Shown piece after piece: positions 12,451 to 26,011 of a stretch of 64,000 bases of DNA. Source of the DNA: Eledone cirrhosa (Eukaryota); contig OZ024745.1 of the NCBI GenBank assembly GCA_964016885.1, positions 22,134,001 to 22,198,000 of the forward strand, given 5' to 3'. Both the position numbers and the translations under genes were made by a program. Under the pieces are notes generated by a model that saw only the letters and a list, made by a program, of their open reading frames with translations, was not told the DNA's origin and made no database searches. Position 1 is the first letter of the stretch. Every line of letters begins with the position of its first letter.

Positions 12451-12743
12451 TACATACATGCATATATATATATGTACATATGTATATATGTATAAATAAT
12501 TATATGTATATATATAATTATATAAGTAAGTAGCTATGTGTATATATGTCTATGTATGCGTATATAGAGAAGAAGAGACGCAAGCAATATGAGGGAGAGA
12601 GAATGAAGGAAGGAAAAGAAATTTCGTTTGACTAACTGACAGTCTAACAGACAAACCTACAGGAAGGCAGTGCTCAGGCAAACAGGAAGATGTAACATAT
12701 ATTACATTTGGACATTCTTCAGGAAATAGCGGCAGCTGCAGCT

Positions 12744-12764
12744 GTAGTAGAAGTAGTAGTAGTA

Positions 12765-12842
<78 letters not shown>

Positions 12843-12876
12843 ATGTTGGTGGTGGTTGTGGTAGTAGTGGTTGTAA

Positions 12877-12914
<38 letters not shown>

Positions 12915-12989
12915 TTAGTGGTGGTAGTGTTGGTAGTGGTAGTAGTAGTGTTGGTGGTGGTAGTGTTGTAGATGATGGTGGTGGTTGTG

Positions 12990-13022
<33 letters not shown>

Positions 13023-13730
13023 ATGTTGGTGGTGGTGGTAGTGATGGTGGTGATGGTGGTGAGGGTGGTGATGATCGCAGTGATGGTGGTGGTGGTGGTA
13101 GTGATGGTGGTGATGGTGGTGAGGGTGGTGATGATCGCAGTGATGGTGGTGGTGGTGGTAGTGATGGTGGTGATGGTGGTGAGGGTGGTGATGATCTCAG
13201 TGATGGTGGTGGTGGTGGTAGTGATGGTAGTGATGGTGGTGATGGTGGTGATGATCGCAGTGATGGTGGTGGTGGTGGTAGTGATGGTGGTGATGGTTGT
13301 GAGGGTGGTAATGATCGCAGTGATGGTGGTGGTGGTGGTGGTAGTGATGGTGGTGATGGTGGTGATGGTGGTGATGATCGCAGTCATGGTAGTGGTGGTG
13401 GTGGTAGTGATGGTGGTGATGGTGGTGATGATCGCAGTGATGGTGGTGGTGGTGGTAGTGATGGTAGTGATGGTGGTGATGGTGGTGATGATCGCAGTCA
13501 TGGTAGTGGTAGTGGTGGTAGTGATGGTGGTGATGGTGGTGATGGTGGTGATGATCGCAGTCATGGTGGTGGTGGTGGTAGTGATGGTAGTGATGGTGGT
13601 GATGGTGGTGATGATCGCAGTGATGGTGGTGGTGGTGGTAGTGATGGTAGTGATGGTAGTGGTGATGTTACTGAAGGTTTCATTGGTGGTGGTGGTAGTA
13701 GTAATGGTTGTAGTTTTGCCATCATATTGA
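12744..13730. repeat. (GTA)n followed by a roughly 60-bp minisatellite built from GTG/GAT triplets with a gatcgca marker
   Basis: gatcgcagt recurs about every 60 nt from 13073 to 13620. Confidence 0.9.
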
Positions 13731-13859
13731 TGGTTCTATTGGTAATAGTAGTTGTGCTGATGGTAGTTTTAAAGATGGTAGTGATATTAGTAGTATTGAT
13801 GGTTTATAGTGGTGATAGTGGTTGTGTCGATGGTATTGTTGGTAGTAATATTGATTTTT

Positions 13860-14110
13860 AATTCAGGCACAACGTCAACATATTTGGGGAAAGAGCAAAG
13901 TTGATTAAATCAACTCAGTACTTGACTGGTACTTTATTTTACTGACCCCTAAGCATGAAACAAAAACTTGAGCTCGATGGGATTTGAACAACCCAGAATA
14001 AATACTGCAATATCATTTCATCCAATGTTCTACTAATTTTGCCAATGCCTTGCAAATCTGATTTCGATGGGATTTGAACTCAGCGCTCAAACCCTTCTAT
14101 TCAACGTTCC
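13860..14110 (-). mobile_element. Degenerate S1-related SINE(s)
   Basis: actggtactttatttt..gggatttgaactcag. Confidence 0.55.
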
Positions 14111-15154
14111 AATTACTCTGCCAAATTACTGCCGAATAAATGATGATAATTTTTCTAATTATCATTTTCATTTTTATCATTCAACTCATACTGTAATTAT
14201 GTTTGTGATCTTATTTGTGTGACTGGTGAAGGGCCATCAGAGTTTCTCGTGCCATATGAATGAAATTAGGTAGACAGAAACTGCGTGGAAGCCTGTCAGA
14301 TAGACTGTACCTATGATTCAAAGGGTCAGCTGTGTCAGACACACTATGTCACGCTGAAGAATTACATTAATATTACACGTGCCTGTGGAATGCTCAGCAA
14401 CTTTAAGATACGTAAATTTCATTAGTAGGCTGTTCCGTTGATCTATCAACTGGAAACAGATGGGGGTCCATTCGGGTTTTTTTCGTTTGTTATCGGGGCC
14501 ATGACACTGAAAACCATCCTCGTTTTGTTAATGTAACCCTGTCAGTGATAGGAGCAGACACTTGAGATTTAGTGGCAAGGTGTCATTGCCTGAGCGGCTG
14601 TTTGAATTGTTCATATGTGTGTGTAAGTAACGTACAAGACTTCTCGAACTTGCTCTGAGAAATTGTTGAAAACGATACCAAATATTAATGACAAATGGTC
14701 GGTGGTTTGTTGAGGTGGTCGGTTGGAAGGGCGGTCGGGTGGAAAAGCGGTCGACCGGGTCAGATATTTGGGTGGTTGGGTGATAGTAGTATTTGAGTTG
14801 ATGAACGGGTGATTGTATGCAATAAGGATGCTAATATACAATTACCGTAGCTACGGTTACATTGTGGATAGTGTGAATTACATATGAGGAGTATAAATAC
14901 ACACACATACACACTCACACACGCACACACTCACACGCACACACGCACACACTCACATTCACATGTACACACACACAGGCACATTTATATATGTATATAT
15001 AAATACACAGCTATACATAGGTAGGTTAGTGTACATCCATCTTTGTATCAACAAACGCACATACACTCGCCACAAATAAAAGAAACATAATATAATATAT
15101 TAATATATATATATATTTATACTTAATATATATATACATATATGTATATCTATG

Positions 15155-15265
<111 letters not shown>

Positions 15266-15270
15266 CTATG

Positions 15271-15338
<68 letters not shown>

Positions 15339-15355
15339 CATATATATATATATAT

Positions 15356-15400
<45 letters not shown>

Positions 15401-15404
15401 TAAA

Positions 15405-15790
15405 TGGAAAAGAATGAAACGAAATTTCATTTCTCACTCTTAGTATGGCTGATACTTAAATGTAAGTATGTATGTATACGTACATACATATATGTATACA
15501 GACGTACATATATATATATATGTACGTATGGGTTTACCGAATATTTTTTATAATGCTCGGTTTGTTTGTTTGTAAACAAACAGCCCGAATTACGCCGTAC
15601 AGTGTTTAGGCAACCACGCCACCTTTTTGTTCAACACTGACACAGGAACGATGTACTAGTTTCAAGCTTATTAGCTATCGTCAGCATCGTATACCTTCCT
15701 GCCAGAGGGCTGAACGTCTGAAAGTATATACTTTCCTTATGCATATTAACGGCTGAGCAGCCTAATTTGCATATCGAGTGAGTTAGTCAT
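15405..15790 (-). mobile_element. Partial copy of the 453-nt HHR monomer family (HHR 15648-15690)
   Basis: rc acgatg-CTGACGA-tagc taataa gctt-GAAA-ctag-TA-catcgt; homologous to 44503-45435. Confidence 0.85.
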
Positions 15791-15830
15791 ATATATATAT
15801 ATATATATATGTATGTCGTACATATAGTCG

Positions 15831-15940
<110 letters not shown>

Positions 15941-16129
15941 CATGTATGTATGTATGTATGTATGTATGTATGTATGTATGTATGTATGTATGTATGTCGC
16001 TCGGAGGTTTTTGCAGCAGTCATTCTAGTGCAGTCTGGCCACCACCTGTTAAGAGTGCCGTTGTAGTGAATACTTGAAAACTTGGCCAATCATTGCGAAC
16101 AGTTCAACAGTTGCTTCGTTGTATTTATA

Positions 16130-16164
<35 letters not shown>

Positions 16165-16291
16165 CGCTCTCTTTCTCTCAATATATATATATATAATATA
16201 TATATATATTATAATATTATATATATATATATACAATAATAATATATATATATATATATATATACAATAATAATAATATATATGTATATAA

Positions 16292-16355
<64 letters not shown>

Positions 16356-16505
16356 CATATAGATATATAGGAGTGTGTTAATATAATGTGCTTATGTACG
16401 TATAGAACAAATAGGCATATATACATCTGTTTATTTCTCTCCTGTTCTCTATCTATTACTCTCTCTCCATCTCGTCCTTCTTCTCTCTCTCCTCAATAGT
16501 CTCAT

Positions 16506-16537
<32 letters not shown>

Positions 16538-16709
16538 CCCTCTCTCTCTCTCTCACACACACACACTCACACACTCTCACCCTATTTCTTTCGTATTCCA
16601 TCTCATTGCCCTTTTGGTACCATGTCTAGTTTACTCAACCACTTTTTATTTATTCTTTCACCTAATCTTTATCTCACTTTTGTCCTCAATCTGTACACAC
16701 GCACAGATT

Positions 16710-16740
<31 letters not shown>

Positions 16741-16897
16741 ATGCGTGTGTGGATGGGTGTGTTAACAAACGTTTATTATCATAAATAAAAGAATGACACA
16801 CACACGTACACATGATCACACAACTGGATACATGTATATGTGTGCACATATATATATCTATATCTATATATATCTACATATATATATATATATATAC

Positions 16898-17012
<115 letters not shown>

Positions 17013-17034
17013 TGTACGTATATATATATATGTA

Positions 17035-17116
<82 letters not shown>

Positions 17117-17161
17117 TTTATACACATATATAAATATATCTACATACATATATATATATAT

Positions 17162-17851
17162 TTATCCAAAATTAAATTATGGTTGTCATGTTTGAGAGAC
17201 ATGCGCCATATTCACTGCAGAATAAGCTCAAAGATTCCAATGAATAGATCCGACCATTTTATATCAACTAGAAATTGATTGACACATATATATATATAAA
17301 ATAAACACATGAAACAATCTCAGGGAATAATTTGTAAAGTGTGTAAGCACACATAGCTAGGTAGGTAACTAATTAATTAAAGTTTAACTTGAACTTCAAA
17401 TATATATACCTTTTAATTTTGGATATTAAATTGTAGAGCTAATTCGGTTGAATGGACTCGGCTGTAATTTCTAGCTGTCGATAATCCTATTCACGCCACT
17501 GGGATGACGCGGTGCGGTGTCTGTATTTTTTATAAAATGCAACACGTGGTTCGAGTCATTCACAGATTTGCATTTGCTGTGTAAACGCAGATGTTTTGAT
17601 CTTCTCCTTTGGTGACCATCCGGGATTTGACCGCTGTGATTTACTGGTTAATTGGTGAAATATATTTGTTATTTAAAGAAATATATACAAAGGAGATTAA
17701 TCATTTTAACAGGTATCTATATTTGAAGTTCTAGTTAAACTTTAATTAGTTACCTACCTAGCTATGTGTGCTTACACACTTTACAAATTATTCCCTGAGA
17801 TTGTTTCATGTGTTTATTTTATATATATATATGTGTCAATCTATTTCTAGT

Positions 17852-17856
<5 letters not shown>
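17162..17856. mobile_element. Fold-back element (arms about 17261-17415 and 17705-17856); no clear HHR
   Basis: About 150-bp inverted repeat with one-sided extension, (TA)n flanks. Confidence 0.65.
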
Positions 17857-17892
<36 letters not shown>

Positions 17893-17897
<5 letters not shown>

Positions 17898-18017
17898 TTA
17901 TAAAACAAATCTGTATTTTATCTGATGAAAGCGCACCATAATTTGCCTTGGTTGCCCTTGAAATATGTATAATAAAATAAATATGGTTTTATAAATATTG
18001 TTTCCATTTATTAATAT

Positions 18018-18021
<4 letters not shown>
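17893..18021 (+). mobile_element. Solo PLE terminus with HHR (17914-17979)
   Basis: tattttat-CTGATGA..GAAA-tatgta-TA-ataaaata. Confidence 0.8.
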
Positions 18022-18061
<40 letters not shown>

Positions 18062-18065
<4 letters not shown>

Positions 18066-18892
18066 AAAAGGAAAAGAAAATGCTGACAAATTTTTCCCAG
18101 TGAAAAATAATTTAATTAGGAATAAGTATAAATTAGTAATAAGTATTAGTTAGTACTCAGTTTTAGTTTTAAGTTTTTAAAGGTTGCACAATTCTTATGC
18201 TTTTCAAAAATAGTTTTGAGATAGAGTGCACTTGAATTTTGCTCTATTCTGATTAGTTTTGGAAATTGTTCCTGTTTTATAAACACAATGACGTAAACAC
18301 ACATGTTCTATGGTGCAACACAAATACACACAAATTTGCATACCTTTTGATGTTTATAGATATACACGTGCCGAAACGCACACATACACATACGCACACA
18401 TGTATTGCACATTGATGGGTGCATACATATTTGTACACAAGTATCCCATACAGCAGGGCCTAATGGATTTCCTTTGCAGTACGTACAATCTGGACTCACA
18501 CACACCTTGGTGTTATGACAATACTATACATCATTTCACCTCTTTTATTATTGATGTTATTGATGTTCTTTTGAGCGAATCGTTTTTGCAAATGACTGAA
18601 AATATCGAATAATGCGCGCCATTTTTACCAGTACCACAAAAATACTGGTCCATCCACACACACACACACACACGCATGCACACGCGAACACTCATATACA
18701 GACAGACATACACACACACACGCGCACACACACACACTCACACACACTTCTCCGTATAAGACAAGAGCTGAAAAATATGTTTCAACTTGTTAAAATACCC
18801 CCCACCCCCACCTTCACCACCACAAACTCACACGTACACACACATTCCTACTGACCGATTCATTTCCATTATCACAGCAATGAACCACTTTG

Positions 18893-18928
<36 letters not shown>

Positions 18929-19452
18929 TTGTCTTAATAGACACCTGAACTGTTGACCTCTCAACATGACTGCAACTCAATCAAGCGGAAAAGGAAACTC
19001 TTCGACAAACCTACATTTGACGTGAAACCAGTTCACGCTAAAATCAATTTAAACATTCACGTGACTTCTACCGACCAATCAAAATTGTTTTGACTACAAG
19101 AATTTTTGCAATACGAATTGGCGCGAAATTTATAGTGCTTATTCACGTGACTTTCAACAACCAACCAAATCTTAATACCTCCCAAGCCCCTTTTTTCACA
19201 TAAAACAGGAAGAATTTCCAAAACTGATCAGATTAGAGCAAAACTCACGAGCGCTCCATCTCAAAATTATTTTTGAAAAGCATAAGAAATGCGCAACCGG
19301 TAAAAACTTAAAACTAAAACTGAATACTAACTAATAGTTATTACTAATTTATACTTATTCCTAATTAAACTATTTTTCACTGGGAAAAATTTGTCAGCAT
19401 TTTCTTTTCCATTTTACTAATATATCACAACTCGTGTGACACACCTCTATTA
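18062..19452. mobile_element. Element with about 175-bp inverted ends (18062-18235 and 19250-19420) and a 1-kb interior; solo end copy at 58975-59146
   Basis: Inverted similarity; ends hold a degenerate HHR-like TTGAAAA-gcat..atgc-GCAA-ccgg-TA related to 10549. Confidence 0.65.
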
Positions 19453-19792
19453 AAAAAAAAATATATATATATACATATATATATATATACTTAATACAAA
19501 ACGAAAACTAAGGTTGTTATTCAAATCCCATCTATAATTTCAGTATCACTTCTATTGAGGTAAATGTAGTGCCAGTACAGAGAATCAATTAAATAATCAA
19601 TGAAACAATTAATAATTAATCATTTAATAAATTTATATTTAAATTTTCGACTTTTAAAATTCTTAAATCGAAAATTTCAAGGACGTTCTGGCAAAAATTC
19701 CAACTTCGCCAGGAAAATGTTTTTACTACAAGTCTCCTGACTTATTGGAGCCCAAGTTTGTTTTGTCTAGTATAACTTCATGTCGAGTTTAA

Positions 19793-20205
19793 TAATTGTT
19801 TCTACTTTAGGCACAAGGCCAGCAATTACCCAGTGCATTACTGGTACTTTATTTTATCGACCCCGTAAGGATGAAAGGCAAAGTCAACTTCGGCGGGATT
19901 TGAACTCAGATCGTAAAGGGACGTAACTATGCTGGAAAGCATGGCGTCCGACCCTCTACCGATACTGCCAATACACGAGTTTAATAATGGTTTCTTATAT
20001 AGGCACACGGCCAGCAATTTGGGGGGAGGGGCAAGTCGATTAAATCGTCCACAGTGCATTACTGGTACTTTATTTTATCCAGCCCGTAAAAATGAAACGC
20101 AAAGTTATCCTCGGCGGGATTTGAACTCAGGTCATAAAGAACCGTAACTATATGCTGCAAAGCATGGCGTCCGACGCTCTACCGATACTGCAAATCCACC
20201 GCCCT
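19793..20205 (-). mobile_element. Two tandem S1 SINE copies (19793-19972, 19985-20205)
   Basis: Reverse complements of 1917-2104. Confidence 0.85.
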
Positions 20206-20328
20206 CATGTCGACTCTACTAATGCATTGAACTTGAGCTTAACGAAACTTACCAAAAATAACAGTGGGAGGTTCCACTCTAATTGTGTGTATGAGTGAGT
20301 GTGTCTATAAATATATATATATATATAT

Positions 20329-20520
20329 GAGAATGTTCAAGACCCCGACGGCAGAGCTCAAGCCGTTTCACCAGATATTTGACTCAGAAATAGCCGTCGA
20401 AACAGCTTGAGCTCTGCCGTCGGAGTTTTGAACATTTTCATATTACCCACTCTACTACCCAACGTACTGAGTACTCTGGTGCGTTATGGTCCACCTGGTT
20501 CCTTACCAGACTTCCTTCGC
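20329..20520. mobile_element. Fold-back terminus of an HHR family with full helix III (other copies 22753-22931, 27863-27925, 29520-30338)
   Basis: GAAA-c(g/a)gc ttgagctct gccg-TC-gg(g/a)g; inverted arms; shared tail ggtgcgttatggtcca. Confidence 0.75.
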
Positions 20521-20537
20521 TATATATATATATACAT

Positions 20538-20610
<73 letters not shown>

Positions 20611-20614
<4 letters not shown>

Positions 20615-21437
20615 AAGATAGACATAGAATATTCGAAAATATTCTGTATGTTTATAATAAACATTTTGAAGACCAAATCGCTATAGAATAGAATACGTCA
20701 CGTATTACAATTAGATTCTCGATAAAAGCAAGGGAAGTAACCTACGCGTTTCATTCTTATTAGAAATCTTCAGGATTACATATCCAGTGCTTTTATCGAG
20801 AATGACACAGCTAGAGACTTATAGAATACTTAGCTGTGTACAGGAACTGGTTTGAAAGAGCGGTTGCCGGACCGGCAGAAATTAGAAATTGGATTAAATG
20901 CTCGGAAATAGCGATATATATGTGAAGATAGACATAGAATATTCGAAAATATTCTGTATGTTTATAATAAACATTTTGAAGACCTAATCGCTATAGAATA
21001 GAATACGTCACGTATTACAATTAGATTCTCGATAAAAGCAAGGGAAGTAACCTACGCGTTTCATTCTTATTAGAAATCTTCAGGATTACATATCCAGTGC
21101 ATATGTAATCATATTTATTAAAGAGCATTTAATCCAATTTCTAATTTCTGCCGGTCCGGCAACCGCTCTTTCAAACCAGTTCCTGTACACAGCTAAGTAT
21201 TCTATAAGTCTCTAGCTGTGTCATTCTCGATAAAAGCACTGGATATGTAATCCTGAAGATTTCTAATAAGAATGAAACGCGTAGGTTACTTCCCTTGCTT
21301 TTATCGAGAATATAATTGTAATACGTGACGTATTCTATTCTATAGCGATTAGGTCTTCAAAATGTTTATTATAAACATACAGAATATTTTCGAATATTCT
21401 ATGTCTATCTTCACATATATATCGCTATTTCAGAGCA

Positions 21438-21443
<6 letters not shown>
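20611..21443. mobile_element. Retrozyme-like element: 310-nt non-coding monomer, about 1.6 copies (minus) joined head-to-head to about 1.0 permuted copy (plus)
   Basis: 20611 repeats at 20921; inverted arm 21123-21443 starts and ends with gagcatttaat; HHRs at 20737-20779, 21047-21089 (minus) and 21247-21289 (plus). Confidence 0.88.
21247..21289 (+). ncRNA. Minimal type I hammerhead ribozyme
   Basis: gtaatc-CTGAAGA-tttctaataagaat-GAAA-cgcg-TA-ggttac, enclosed by the 15-bp stem ttctcgataaaagca/tgcttttatcgagaa. Confidence 0.88.
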
Positions 21444-21508
<65 letters not shown>

Positions 21509-21530
21509 GCGAGAGAGGTAGAGAGAGAGG

Positions 21531-21608
<78 letters not shown>

Positions 21609-22242
21609 GAGAGAGAGAGAGATAAACAAAACAAAAGGACCATGACTGTTAATTGTACATTTAATTGGCCGACATATTTCGCCAGGCTATCTGCTTGTCT
21701 CTCTGTCTATAGCAATTGATCTATCTATAGCAATTGATCTATCTATATGTAGCTATTTGTTTACCTATCTCTGTAGGAGATTTGGGGGTGAGAGGGTCAA
21801 CACGTATAGATATTTGTGATAGTATGAATAAATTAATATATGAATAATAAATACACACACATATATAGCCACTTAGTTTGAGAGCTAATCTAAATATTTA
21901 TGAGTAAGAGATATTATTCCATTCTGTATTTCAGAAGTTGGGTTCGACACCCGCTTAATACGAAGGTTTTGTTACGTTATATCAACAATTCTCTTCTGTT
22001 TACACCCAGAAGTCATGATAAGGAAAACAAAATAATAATGATAATAAACAAAATGAATGAAGGAAGAGGAAAATAAACAGATTCCTGAGGCGTCCCTTAA
22101 TCCAGTAGATGTAGAAAATAGCTGTTCTCGGAGAGTTACTCAAATACTTATAGAGATCTGTCCAGAGGGAAAAATATAAGAAGACTAAAATAAGCTGCAT
22201 GATTTCACAATCGACCTTCTCCCACAGGTACACTACACAATC

Positions 22243-22274
<32 letters not shown>

Positions 22275-22926
22275 GCTCATAAATATACAGTCACAGACAC
22301 ACATATATATACATGCAAACACATATATACACACATACACTTACATATATATATAAATACATGCACACATATGTATACATACGCATATACGTACATACGT
22401 ACATACAAACACACTCAAACATGCATGGACGCACATATACGTACACACATCCATCCATATATACACACATAAATACATGTACACATCTATACATATATAC
22501 ACACACATATATAAATAAATAAACATATATATTTACATATGTAGATATACCTACACATATACAAACATAGATAACTACTTATACACATACATATATACAT
22601 TGCATATATATATATATATATATTAAAATAACAGATAATATATATACACATGCAAACATATCCCCCCTTCATAAAAAAGAGTAAGTACTAGGCCATATTT
22701 ATGTTATGGCAATATAGCCAATAGCTATGATTTATTGTAATGTTGCAGTGTACTATGGATGGGAAACAATCTGAAAAATGGACCATAACGCACCAGAGTA
22801 CTCAATACTTAGGGTAGTAGAGTGGGAAATAGGAAAATGTTTAACCCCGACGGCAGAGCTCAAGCCGTTTCGACGGCTATTTCTGGACGCAAAAACAGCT
22901 TGAGCTCTGCCGTCGGGGTTAAACAT

Positions 22927-22987
<61 letters not shown>

Positions 22988-23142
22988 TAGAAGGGGTATT
23001 TAATTTGTTGGAAGTCCGACAAATATAAATATTTATAACTGATTTAGAGCACTCAACAGCTTACTGGAGTAAATATTCAATGATATTAAATATAAATATA
23101 GTTTCCATTTATTTAATATCATTGTGTGTGTATATATATATT

Positions 23143-23210
<68 letters not shown>

Positions 23211-23487
23211 TGTATGTATGTATGTATGTATGCATGTATGTATGTATGTATGTATGTATGTATGTATGTATGTATGTATGTATGTATGTATGTGCGTATG
23301 CTTGAGTTGTTTATACCTACATAAAGTATATCTCTCTCTCTAAATATATATATAATAAATAATGTAATCTGAGTTTTCGAATATTAATAATAATATTCGG
23401 TTGCAATTTTGAAAACAGCCTCTTTTTTAAGCCATGTCAGTAGAATGAGCCCCTCATTCTTGCTCTTGTGTTGGCATGTAACTATAG

Positions 23488-23531
23488 CTGCAGATCCTAA
23501 TTTTCTGGGTGATTACCCGTCATCAGTGCAG
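23488..23531 (-). ncRNA. Hammerhead motif with imperfect helix III
   Basis: rc ctgca-CTGATGA-cgggt aatc accca-GAAA-attagga-TC-tgcag. Confidence 0.6.
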
Positions 23532-24130
23532 TTTACTGCTCACCTGCCAACTGTCAGAGCTACTGAAAATATATGATATTTTCTGAAATATACAGTGACT
23601 GATCGGCTTGATTTGCATATTAGCAGATTGGCCAGTCAGTTCCATGTATACGAGCGATTAATGGCCGGCTTTGCCATATTCATGTGTGCGTGTGTGTGTG
23701 TGGGGGGGGGGGTGTATGTGTGTGTGTATTTTCTATAACAACTTTCACTGCAAACCATTCCGTTCATCAGTTATCGACTGCAGGCCTCTACCATTTCCGT
23801 ACTTTCCCATGGCATCTCTCCCTCCAGCGGTGCCAAACAGGTTTGATGCCACCAAGAAATATCCGAGGTTTATCATTCAGTCTCTAGCACAATTTTCTTC
23901 GTTATCCCTGCTACTATCACCATCATCCAGATGTTTATATAACTATTGCTATCATTCAGGAATTATGGTATTTGCTCATTGTTAAGGATTTTCTAGAGAA
24001 CTCAATACCGAAGTAAAGTTTCAAAATTCATTTTATTAAGGCTAAATAGTGAATGTTGTTACTCTAGAGTTTCGCTTGCTTATCACAGGGTCATTAGACA
24101 ACGACAATACACATACATACTCCGCCACCC

Positions 24131-24187
<57 letters not shown>

Positions 24188-24193
<6 letters not shown>

Positions 24194-25125
24194 CAAATAA
24201 CGAAACGAAATTAAATTTCGTTTCGTTTGTAACTCACTTTCGTATGACTGACGCTTAAACAATTAAGTTAAAAGTGTACATCCACATATGTATACTGAAA
24301 TACTGGTATGCATATAAACACACACACGTATACATATGTACATGTACCGAGTTTTTCAATGGACACTTTACTGTGAGTGTCTAGCTAGTCTGTATGTAAC
24401 CAAACAGACAAACCGGTTTTTAGAGTCATACTGGTTTTCAAGGAAACACCTTTCCTCTATTCTCCAGAGAGCCAGACAGGAATATTGGACTAGTTTCGAT
24501 GTTATTACATCTCATCAGCAATATTTACCCATCCTCCGGCCTCTCTAGAGAATCGTAAAAGCACATATCGTTATATGCTTTTTCTATGAAAATTAGTAGT
24601 GGGCAGACTAATTTGCATAGAGCGTGAGTACGTACCGGTTCAGCGGAAACGATAAAAACAAATAACGAAACGAAATTAAATTTCGTTTCGTTTGTAACTC
24701 ACTTTTTGTATGACTGACGCTTATTTGTTTTTATCGTTTCCGCTGAACCGGTACGTACTCACGCTCTATGCAAATTAGTCTGCCCACTACTAATTTTCAT
24801 AGAAAAAGCATATAACGATATGTGCTTTTACGATTCTCTAGAGAGGCCGGAGGATGGGTAAATATTGCTGATGAGATGTAATAACATCGAAACTAGTCCA
24901 ATATTCCTGTCTGGCTCTCTGGAGAATAGAGGAAAGGTGTTTCCTTGAAAACCAGTATGACTCTAAAAACCGGTTTGTCTGTTTGGTTACATACAGACTA
25001 GCTAGACACTCACAGTAAAGTGTCCAGTGAAAAACTCGGTACATGTACATATGTATACGTGTGTGTATTTATATGCATACTAGTATTTCAGTATACATAT
25101 GTGGATGTACACTTTTAACTTAATT

Positions 25126-25130
<5 letters not shown>
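24188..25130. mobile_element. Retrozyme-like element: 465-nt hairpin-rich monomer, about 1.15 copies (minus) plus about 0.9 inverted permuted copy (plus)
   Basis: 24189-24257 repeats at 24654-24723; inversion junction about 24724; HHRs 24481-24525 (minus) and 24861-24905 (plus). Confidence 0.88.
24861..24905 (+). ncRNA. Canonical minimal type I hammerhead ribozyme (GUC site)
   Basis: aatattg-CTGATGA-gatgt aata acatc-GAAA-ctag-TC-caatatt; all helices perfect. Confidence 0.92.
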
Positions 25131-25196
<66 letters not shown>

Positions 25197-25197
25197 A

Positions 25198-25360
25198 AAT
25201 AAAAAAAATAAGATGCTGAGGTTACATATATCGATTAAACGATATATGTAACCTCAGCATCTTATTCTGTTATTTTATAAAATTCTCCATCGTAACTAAA
25301 AAAACGATTGTTGAGAGCTCTCTCCTCTTTACTCCTGTTTTTACCAAAACAATCTTTTCC
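25198..25360. mobile_element. Small fold-back with one-sided extension
   Basis: aataagatgctgaggttacatatatcg / cgatatatgtaacctcagcatcttatt. Confidence 0.6.
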
Positions 25361-25362
25361 AA

Positions 25363-25419
<57 letters not shown>

Positions 25420-25424
<5 letters not shown>

Positions 25425-25585
25425 ATATTAAATAAATGGAAACTATATTTAAAAACCATATTTATTCTATTATATATATTTCAAGGGTACCAACACTTTG
25501 GTACGCTTTCATCAGATAAAATACGAAGTGTGTTTTATAAATTTTGACATAACCAAGGAAAATGCCTTAACGGTTTTACTTGGAT
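25420..25585 (-). mobile_element. Solo PLE terminus with HHR (25463-25523)
   Basis: Same family as 10901-11271. Confidence 0.8.
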
Positions 25586-25842
25586 ATATATATATATCAT
25601 AAAACATGTCTATAGAATCACCAGATAAAATATATACCATTTCCTCTCCCAATTAGCATAAATAACCATATAAAAAATCGAATAGACCAAGCTATAAGAA
25701 TAAGGCTTCTATGAAGAAATCTCCAACGAATAACCGAAACCAACCCTTCGCGCCGGCTGCGACGGAATATTTATCGATATACAGTCAATTAAACAGAATT
25801 AGGTGTAAAATAAACTAGGAGAAAAGTGAATACATTTTATTT

Positions 25843-25917
25843 CCTCGACCATGGTTTCGTCCGCATTTTAAGATATACGATAGCTTCGGAACCTTGAGCA
25901 CCGAGCTCTTCAGGAAG
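25843..25917 (-). ncRNA. Hammerhead ribozyme in a (TA)n-flanked element (about 25600-25944)
   Basis: rc cttc-CTGAAGA-(48 nt)-GAAA-ccatgg-TC-gagg. Confidence 0.65.
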
Positions 25918-25941
25918 TTAGCTCAAATTTAGATAACCTCA

Positions 25942-26011
<70 letters not shown>

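Noticed and set aside
12708-13730. Poly-Val and poly-Thr ORFs of 250-280 aa
   Set aside because: Trinucleotide-based minisatellite; no splice signals or complex sequence.
24336-25050. Two mirrored 70-aa ORFs
   Set aside because: Produced by the inverted duplication; no recognisable motif, and not evident in the related 453-nt family.
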